Notes under the pieces: model-generated | Databases searched by the model: none | What the model saw: only the letters and a program-made list of their open reading frames with translations | What the model was told of the DNA's origin: nothing | Shown here: positions 58,274 to 64,000 of the stretch, piece by piece | Layout of the letters: the number at the start of each line of letters is the position of its first letter | How positions within the stretch are numbered: the stretch's first letter is position 1 | Source: an uncultured Verrucomicrobiae bacterium | GTDB taxonomy: Bacteria; Verrucomicrobiota; Verrucomicrobiia; Chthoniobacterales; Chthoniobacteraceae | DNA length: 64,000 bases | NCBI GenBank assembly: GCA_963769025.1 | Contig: CAVYKI010000003.1 | Span: 1,024,001-1,088,000, forward strand | Direction: 5' to 3' | Made by a program: the position numbers and the translations under genes

Positions 58274-58897
58274 TCACGCTTCACGCGGATTTTGCAGGGC
58301 GGCGATTTTTTCCATGACGCGCTCGCTGAGGCGCTGGAAGACGATGCGCGGATCTCCGCCGGCGTCGGACTTGGTGAAGTGGATCGGCTCGCCGACGACG
58401 ATGGTCACGGGTCGGCTGCGGGGAAATTTTGCGCCTCGCGGGAAGGCGTCGAATGCGCCGAAGATGCGCATCGGCACGACGGGCGCGAGGGTCTTGGCGA
58501 TGATGAAACCCGCGCCAGGCTTTGCGGGTTGCAGGCCGCCGTCGCGGCTGCGCGTGCCTTCGGGGAAGACAATGGTGCAGCCGCCGTCGCGGAGCACGCG
58601 GATGACGGCCTTGAGCGCCGAGACGTCGGAGCCTTCGCGATCGACGCCGATGACGTTGAGGTGCCGGAGAATCGGGCCGACGATCGGAATGTCGAAGAGC
58701 GTCTTGCGCGCGAAGTAGTGGATCTCGCGCTTGCAGGAGATGCCGGCGAAGGGCGGGTCGAGGAAGCTCTGGTGGTTCATCGCGAGCAGCGCGGGGCCAT
58801 CCTCGATGATGTTATCCTGCCCGTACACGCGGAGGTCGAAGAACGACTGCGCGATGAATTTCGAGAGCTGGTAGCCGGCGGCGTAGGTGAAACCCAT
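58274..58897 (-). CDS. plsC: 1-acyl-sn-glycerol-3-phosphate acyltransferase
   Basis: NHQSFLDP, FPEGTRS. Confidence 0.92.
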   Translation of the reverse strand: MGFTYAAGYQLSKFIAQSFFDLRVYGQDNIIEDGPALLAMNHQSFLDPPFAGISCKREIHYFARKTLFDIPIVGPILRHLNVIGVDREGSDVSALKAVIRVLRDGGCTIVFPEGTRSRDGGLQPAKPGAGFIIAKTLAPVVPMRIFGAFDAFPRGAKFPRSRPVTIVVGEPIHFTKSDAGGDPRIVFQRLSERVMEKIAALQNPREA

Positions 58898-58912
58898 GGG
58901 CGCGCGCCTCGC

Positions 58913-59572
58913 TCAGATGCCTTCCGGCAGGGCGAGGTTCTTGAGTTTGAGCCTGCCGATGATTTCGCCCACGACGCCGTCGATGGTGAGGTGCGAGGAA
59001 TCCACGACATGCGCGTCTTCGGCGATGATGAGCGGGCTCATGGGCCGGGACGAATCCTGCCGGTCGCGGGCCTCGATGCGGTCGGCGACGCCCTGCTTCA
59101 GACGGCGGGCGGCGCGGACCTCGAGCGAGGCGTCGATGTAAAACTTGTACGGAGTCTCGGGGAAAACCGCGCTGCCGATGTCGCGGCCTTCCATCACGAC
59201 GTCGAAATCCGCAGCGGAGGCCCGCTGCATCGCGACGAGCGTCTGGCGGACTTCCGGGATGCTCGCGATGGAGGAGACACTGGCGTTCACCGCGGCATCG
59301 CTGAGGTGCGGCGTGGGATCCGTGCCATCGAGAAGGATGGTGCTTTCCCCATCGGCGAAACCGCACTCGATCCGCGTGGCTTCGAGGAGCGCGCGGACTG
59401 CGGCGGCGTCCGTCGGGGCGACGCCGCGCGAGACGGCGAGCCAGGTGACGGCGCGGTACATCGCGCCAGTGTTCACGTAGCGGTATCGCAGCCGGCGCGC
59501 GAGAGCGAGGGCGACGCTGCTTTTTCCACTGGCAGCGGGACCGTCGATGGCGATGACCACGTGCGGCGGCAT
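58913..59572 (-). CDS. cmk: Cytidylate kinase
   Basis: IAIDGPAASGKSS, TGAMYRA, MEGRDIG, RDRQDSSR. Confidence 0.95.
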   Translation of the reverse strand: MPPHVVIAIDGPAASGKSSVALALARRLRYRYVNTGAMYRAVTWLAVSRGVAPTDAAAVRALLEATRIECGFADGESTILLDGTDPTPHLSDAAVNASVSSIASIPEVRQTLVAMQRASAADFDVVMEGRDIGSAVFPETPYKFYIDASLEVRAARRLKQGVADRIEARDRQDSSRPMSPLIIAEDAHVVDSSHLTIDGVVGEIIGRLKLKNLALPEGI

Positions 59573-59574
59573 GG

Positions 59575-60903
59575 TCACACCGGGCGGAGCGAGGAAATCA
59601 CGGGGATCTCGGAACGCGTGGACTTCGCGAGCTTGCGGAGCGTTTCGTAAAAGCCCGGGTAGCTCGTGTTCACGCAGTCGGTGTCCTTGATGAGCGACTC
59701 GCCCTCCGCGAACAGCCCGAGGATGGCGAAGGCCATGGCGATGCGGTGGTCGCCGAAGCTCTCGACTTCCGCTCCCTGAAGCGTGGAGCCGCCTTCGATT
59801 TCCATTCCGTCCTCGCGTTCGTCCACCTGCACGCCGAATGCGCGGAGGTTCCGGGCGACTGCGGCGATGCGGTCGGTTTCCTTCACGCGCAGCTCGCGGG
59901 CGTCCTTGATGACGGTGCGGCCTTCCGCGAGCGCGGCGGCGACGGCGAGGATGGGCAGCTCGTCGATGACGTTCGGGATTTCCGAGCCGCCGATCGTGGT
60001 GGCGCGGAGCCGGGCGCCGCGGACTTCGACGGCGCCGACCGGTTCGCAGTCGGAGCTTTCGACGATCTCGCTCACATGCGCGCCCATGCGGATGAGCACG
60101 GCGAGCACGCCGGTGCGCGCGGGATTGAGGCCGACGTGCCGCACCATGAGATGCGAGCCGGGATGCGCCGCCGCGGCGACGAGCCAGAAGGCCGCGCTCG
60201 AAATGTCGCCGGGGACGGAGAAATCGCGGGACTCGAGGGTCTGGCTGCCGTGGACGGAAACGGTCAGGCCGTTTTTGCGCGGGCGCAGAAGGTGCCACGC
60301 GAGCATTCGTTCGGTGTGGTCGCGCGACTGCTCGGGCTCGGTGACTTTCGTCGTGCCTTTCGCAAAGAGCCCGGCGAGGAGCACGGCGCTTTTCACCTGG
60401 GCGCTGGCGACCGGCACGGTGTAGCTGATGGCCTTCAGCGGGCCGCCTTCGATGACGAGCGGCGCGCAGCCGCCGGCGCCCTCGGCGGTGATTTTCGCGC
60501 CCATCTGCGTGAGCGGATCGATCACGCGCCGCATGGGCCGCCGGCTCAGCGACGCGTCGCCGGTGAGGCGGCAGCGGAATGGCTGAGCGGCGAGGATGCC
60601 GCACAGGAGGCGCATCGTGGTTCCAGAGTTGCCGCAATCAATGTCCACGGCCGGTGGCGTGAACTGGCCGCGCCGGCCCTCGATGACGACGGTCGTTTCG
60701 TCGGGGCGCGTGATTTCGATGCCGAGCTGCTGGAAGGCCTTCATCGTCGAGAGGCAGTCCTCGCTCGGAAGGAAGCCGGTGACTTCGCCGCGACCGTTCG
60801 AAAGCGCGGCGAGCATGATGGCGCGATGCGAAATGCTTTTGTCGCCGGGAACGGTCAGTTCGGCGTGGATGCCGGAGGCGGGTTCGATTTTCCAGTCTGG
60901 CAT
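59575..60903 (-). CDS. aroA: EPSP synthase (class II)
   Basis: PGDKSISHR, GNSGTT.RL, SAQVKSA, RDHTE, LRVKETDRI, DHRIAM. Confidence 0.97.
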   Translation of the reverse strand: MPDWKIEPASGIHAELTVPGDKSISHRAIMLAALSNGRGEVTGFLPSEDCLSTMKAFQQLGIEITRPDETTVVIEGRRGQFTPPAVDIDCGNSGTTMRLLCGILAAQPFRCRLTGDASLSRRPMRRVIDPLTQMGAKITAEGAGGCAPLVIEGGPLKAISYTVPVASAQVKSAVLLAGLFAKGTTKVTEPEQSRDHTERMLAWHLLRPRKNGLTVSVHGSQTLESRDFSVPGDISSAAFWLVAAAAHPGSHLMVRHVGLNPARTGVLAVLIRMGAHVSEIVESSDCEPVGAVEVRGARLRATTIGGSEIPNVIDELPILAVAAALAEGRTVIKDARELRVKETDRIAAVARNLRAFGVQVDEREDGMEIEGGSTLQGAEVESFGDHRIAMAFAILGLFAEGESLIKDTDCVNTSYPGFYETLRKLAKSTRSEIPVISSLRPV

Positions 60904-60906
60904 TGT

Positions 60907-61758
60907 CTATTTTGGGAAAGTGATGCGGTCGCGTGTGGCCCGGGCGTTGGCGAGAAGGTCGAGGATGTCCTTCCCATCGCCGGAGCGCGCGAGGGTGTGG
61001 CGAAAATCAGCGAGCTTGGCAATCAAAGCGTCAATCGCGGGGAGCACCGCCGCGGCGTTTTCGCGGAGGATCTCGCGCCACATCGCGGGCGGGCCTCCGG
61101 CGACGCGGGTGGTGTCGCGGAAGCCCGGGCCGACCACGCGGAAGGCGTGCTCGTTCCGCTCCGCGACGGTATTCACCAAGGTCGCGGCGAGGAGATGCGG
61201 GAGATGGCTGACAAGGGCGACGCATTCGTCGTGCTCCGCCGCGGCGAGTTCGACGACACGGCAGCCGACGCTTTGCCAAAATGCGGATACTTCCGCGAGC
61301 GCCACGGCATCGCTGTCCGCCTCGGGGGTGACGATGCAGGTTGTTCCGTCAAAGAGGGTCGCGCTCGCGGCGGAGAGTCCGGTATTCGCGCTGCCCGCCA
61401 TCGGATGGCTGCCCACGAAATGCGCACGGTCCTGGAAAACCGGCCGCAGTCCGGCGAGCACGGGGCCTTTGACGCTGCCGACGTCGGTGACCACACAATC
61501 GCGCCGGAGATGCGGTGCGATGGCCTTGCCGAGTTCGGGCATCGCGCCGACGGGGACGCAAAGCACGACGAGATCCGCGTCTTTCACCGCAGCCGCGACA
61601 TCCCCGGTCGTAATGTCGGCGCAACCGGCGGCGACAATCTCCCGCACCGCCTCGGGCCGTCGCGCCCAGAGCGTCACGTGGTCCGCGCCGCCGCGGCGCA
61701 ACGCGAACGCGATGGAACCGCCGATGAGGCCGGGTCCGAGGATTGTGATGCGTTTCAT
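60907..61758 (-). CDS. tyrA: Prephenate/arogenate dehydrogenase
   Basis: GPGLIGGS, TDVGSVK, HPMAGS, HD...SHLPH, GFRDTTRVA. Confidence 0.93.
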   Translation of the reverse strand: MKRITILGPGLIGGSIAFALRRGGADHVTLWARRPEAVREIVAAGCADITTGDVAAAVKDADLVVLCVPVGAMPELGKAIAPHLRRDCVVTDVGSVKGPVLAGLRPVFQDRAHFVGSHPMAGSANTGLSAASATLFDGTTCIVTPEADSDAVALAEVSAFWQSVGCRVVELAAAEHDECVALVSHLPHLLAATLVNTVAERNEHAFRVVGPGFRDTTRVAGGPPAMWREILRENAAAVLPAIDALIAKLADFRHTLARSGDGKDILDLLANARATRDRITFPK

Positions 61759-61760
61759 CC

Positions 61761-61804
61761 GAAAAAAGACCCCGGCTTGCGGTGCAAAACCGACAAGCCG
61801 GGGG
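61761..61804 (-). terminator. Rho-independent terminator after the lipoprotein gene
   Basis: Minus strand CCCCGGCTTG...CAAGCCGGGG followed by TCTTTTTT. Confidence 0.65.
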
Positions 61805-61836
61805 CGGGAATCAAAGGTTCGAAGCTGCGTTACGGC

Positions 61837-62229
61837 CTACGGCGGGACGAGGAAGGTGCGGCGGCTGTAGGGGCATTCGGCCTCGGTGCCCGGAGGCAGG
61901 CCGCGGACGTCGATGAGGCGGCCCTGGGAGTCGTAAGGGCTCTTCACGTAGCCCGGCTTGCCGTCCACCTTGATGGCGTATTCCGGGTTCGAGGGAGTGG
62001 GCGGCGCGGGAATGTTGTGCTTCGGCGCGGGCGTGGGGTCCACGACCTCATCGCGCCTTTTCTTTTCCGGCGGAAAGGCCTCCGGGTCAGTGGCGTCCAC
62101 AAACCTCGTCGGCGGGACGTCAGTCGTTCTCGGCCCCTGCGCCGGCAACTGGCGGGCCCTGTTCTTGTCACACGCCGTGAAGCCCACCGCGAGGGTAAGC
62201 GACAGAAGCGAAAGGATGGTTCGTTTCAT
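61837..62229 (-). CDS. Hypothetical Pro-rich lipoprotein
   Basis: Lipobox FTAC; C-terminal GKPGYVKSPY...IDVRG.PPG....CPY....FLVP. Confidence 0.75.
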   Translation of the reverse strand: MKRTILSLLSLTLAVGFTACDKNRARQLPAQGPRTTDVPPTRFVDATDPEAFPPEKKRRDEVVDPTPAPKHNIPAPPTPSNPEYAIKVDGKPGYVKSPYDSQGRLIDVRGLPPGTEAECPYSRRTFLVPP

Positions 62230-62353
62230 AAATCTCGCGTCCATCTAGTGGATCGTGGTGCGGATGGCAATGCTAAATTCCCAGCATTTCGAACCGCCAC
62301 CGGAGCGGCGGGGCAATCCGGAGTTGGCCACGGACCGCGCGCCCGCTATCGGC

Positions 62354-64000
62354 ATGCGGATGTCAAAGTCGCTCGCATGGACGGTCTGGGCGGTCACCGC
62401 GCTCCTGCTCGGCTGCTTTTTCGTCTGGCCGATTCTCACCACGGTGCAGCGGGCGTTCTTCGATCCGAGCGGGAATTTCACCCTGCTCGCCGTGCGCGAG
62501 GTCTTTGCGAACCGCATCTACGTCGAGGGGCTGATGAATTCCTTCCTGCTCGCGCTCGCCTCGACCGCCCTCACGCTGGTCATCGCGATGCCGCTCGCAT
62601 TCCTCAGCGACCGGTTCGATTTCATCGGAAAAAAGGCGCTCTCCGCGCTGCTCCTCGTACCGATGATTTTGCCGCCCTTCGTCGGCGCCATCGGTGTGCG
62701 GCAGATGCTCGGGCAATATGGCGCGCTCAATTCCGCGCTCACGCACCTCGGCGTGCTCGACCCGGGCATGACGATTGACTGGCTCGGGCGCGGGCAATTC
62801 TGGGGCTGCGTGATCCTGAACGCGCTCCACCTTTACCCGATCCTCTTCCTCAATCTCACCGCCGCGCTCGCAAATGTGGACCCGGCGATGGAGGAAGCCG
62901 CGGAAAATCTCGGCTGCACGGGCTGGAGGAAATTCCGCCGCATCACGCTGCCGCTCATCATGCCCGGGCTCTTCGCAGGCGGGACGATCGTCTTCATCTT
63001 CGCGTTCACGGAGCTCGGCACGCCGCTCATCTTCGACTACTCGCGCGTCACGAGCGTGCAGATTTTCTACGGCATCAAGGAAATCTCCGGCAACCCGTTC
63101 CCTTTTGCCCTCGTCGTCGTGATGCTTTTCGCGACCGCGCTGCTCTACGCCGCGAGCAAGCTGCTCTTTGGCCGCAGCGAGGCGGCGATGTCCGGAAAGG
63201 CGGGCATCGCCGGGACCACGCGCACGCTCCGCGGTTCGGCAGGGTGGCTGTGCGCCATGGCATTTGCGGGCGTCACTTTCCTCGCGCTCCTCCCGCACAT
63301 CGGGGTGGTGCTCGAATCGTTCTCGAAGGACTGGTACCGCACGGTGCTGCCCACGCAATGGACCACGCAGCACTACGAGGCGGCGCTCGGCCACTACCTC
63401 ACCGTGCCGAGCATCATGAACAGCCTGAAGTACGCGAGCCTCGCCGTCGTCGTGGACATCGTGCTCGGCCTCGCCATCGCCTACGTGATCGTCCGCACGA
63501 AACTCCCCGGCCGGCAGATGCTCGACACACTCGCGATGCTCCCGCTCGCCGTCCCGGGCCTCGTGCTTGCCTTCGGCTACATTTCGATGACGCAGCCCGG
63601 CCGCTTCTTCGAGGTGCTGAATCCCGGCAAGGATCCCACGCTGCTGCTCGTCATCGCGTATTCCGTCCGCCGACTGCCTTACGTCGTGCGCAGCGCCGTC
63701 GCCGGCCTGCAGCAGACGAGCGAAACGCTCGAGGAAGCCGCTCAAAACCTCGGCTGCCCGCCGCTGCGCACGCTGCGGCGCATCACCTTCCCGCTCATCG
63801 CCGCCAATGTCCTCGCCGGCGGCCTCCTCGCGTTCAGCTTCGCGATGCTCGAGGTCAGCGACTCGCTCATCCTCGCGCAAAAGCAGCAGCACTTCCCTAT
63901 CACCAAGGCCATCTACGAGCTGTTCCAGCTCATCGGCGACGGCAAATTCCTCGCCGCCGCTCTGGGCGTGTGGGCGATGGTCTTCCTCGGCCTCACCATC
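62354..64000 (+). CDS. Fe3+/thiamine-type ABC permease (FbpB-like), truncated at the window's right edge
   Basis: Not in the ORF track. Manual translation MRMSKSLAW...PMILPPFVGA, two EAA loops (MEEAAENLG, LEEAAQNLG), TELGTP; open frame to position 64000. Confidence 0.88.
   Translation, partial: MRMSKSLAWTVWAVTALLLGCFFVWPILTTVQRAFFDPSGNFTLLAVREVFANRIYVEGLMNSFLLALASTALTLVIAMPLAFLSDRFDFIGKKALSALLLVPMILPPFVGAIGVRQMLGQYGALNSALTHLGVLDPGMTIDWLGRGQFWGCVILNALHLYPILFLNLTAALANVDPAMEEAAENLGCTGWRKFRRITLPLIMPGLFAGGTIVFIFAFTELGTPLIFDYSRVTSVQIFYGIKEISGNPFPFALVVVMLFATALLYAASKLLFGRSEAAMSGKAGIAGTTRTLRGSAGWLCAMAFAGVTFLALLPHIGVVLESFSKDWYRTVLPTQWTTQHYEAALGHYLTVPSIMNSLKYASLAVVVDIVLGLAIAYVIVRTKLPGRQMLDTLAMLPLAVPGLVLAFGYISMTQPGRFFEVLNPGKDPTLLLVIAYSVRRLPYVVRSAVAGLQQTSETLEEAAQNLGCPPLRTLRRITFPLIAANVLAGGLLAFSFAMLEVSDSLILAQKQQHFPITKAIYELFQLIGDGKFLAAALGVWAMVFLGLTI

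Noticed and set aside
54026..63892. Very long antisense ORFs (54026..56608, 59746..62778, 62363..63892; likewise 29030..31411 and 36859..39072)
   Set aside because: Shadow frames of real high-GC genes on the opposite strand; no motifs and Arg/Gly/Ala-biased composition

Overview
High-GC bacterial chromosomal segment, most likely Verrucomicrobiota (inferred from gene repertoire: planctomycete-type cytochrome c, TroC-DtxR fusion, Pur/DUF3276 protein, PVC-style TPR-ExbBD cluster). It is mostly housekeeping and metabolic: ferritin, dodecin, cysteine desulfurase, a Tro/Mnt metal ABC operon with MntR, recA, PBP2, gcvTH, pyrD, nagZ, cysH, trpS, waaF, rnc, rhaB, deoC and tyrA-aroA-cmk-plsC. There is one complete IS5-family element (893 bp, 18-bp TIRs, TAA duplication, A-AAA-AAG frameshift). 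I saw no tRNA, rRNA or CRISPR array. Best leads: (1) an orphan DpdE-like SNF2 helicase with a histone-H1-like tail, translationally coupled to an unknown gene and converging on recA; (2) a possible sigma54-driven locus of secreted protein + O-antigen-ligase/TPR + carbamoyltransferase-SxtJ-SxtK, which may be a dedicated glycosylation/carbamoylation system; (3) an outer-membrane barrel with a His-rich segment inside the metal ABC operon, which also has a YtgCR-like permease-repressor fusion; (4) two dispersed repeat classes (GTAG REP/REPIN-like and heptamer inverted arrays) that supply stop codons or coding sequence; (5) a candidate sRNA after rhaB; (6) a degenerate LOV-like domain in a MASE1 sensor. 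Seven apparent +1 single-base insertions break three genes and look like consensus errors, not biology. All calls come from reading motifs by eye; no database searches were run.
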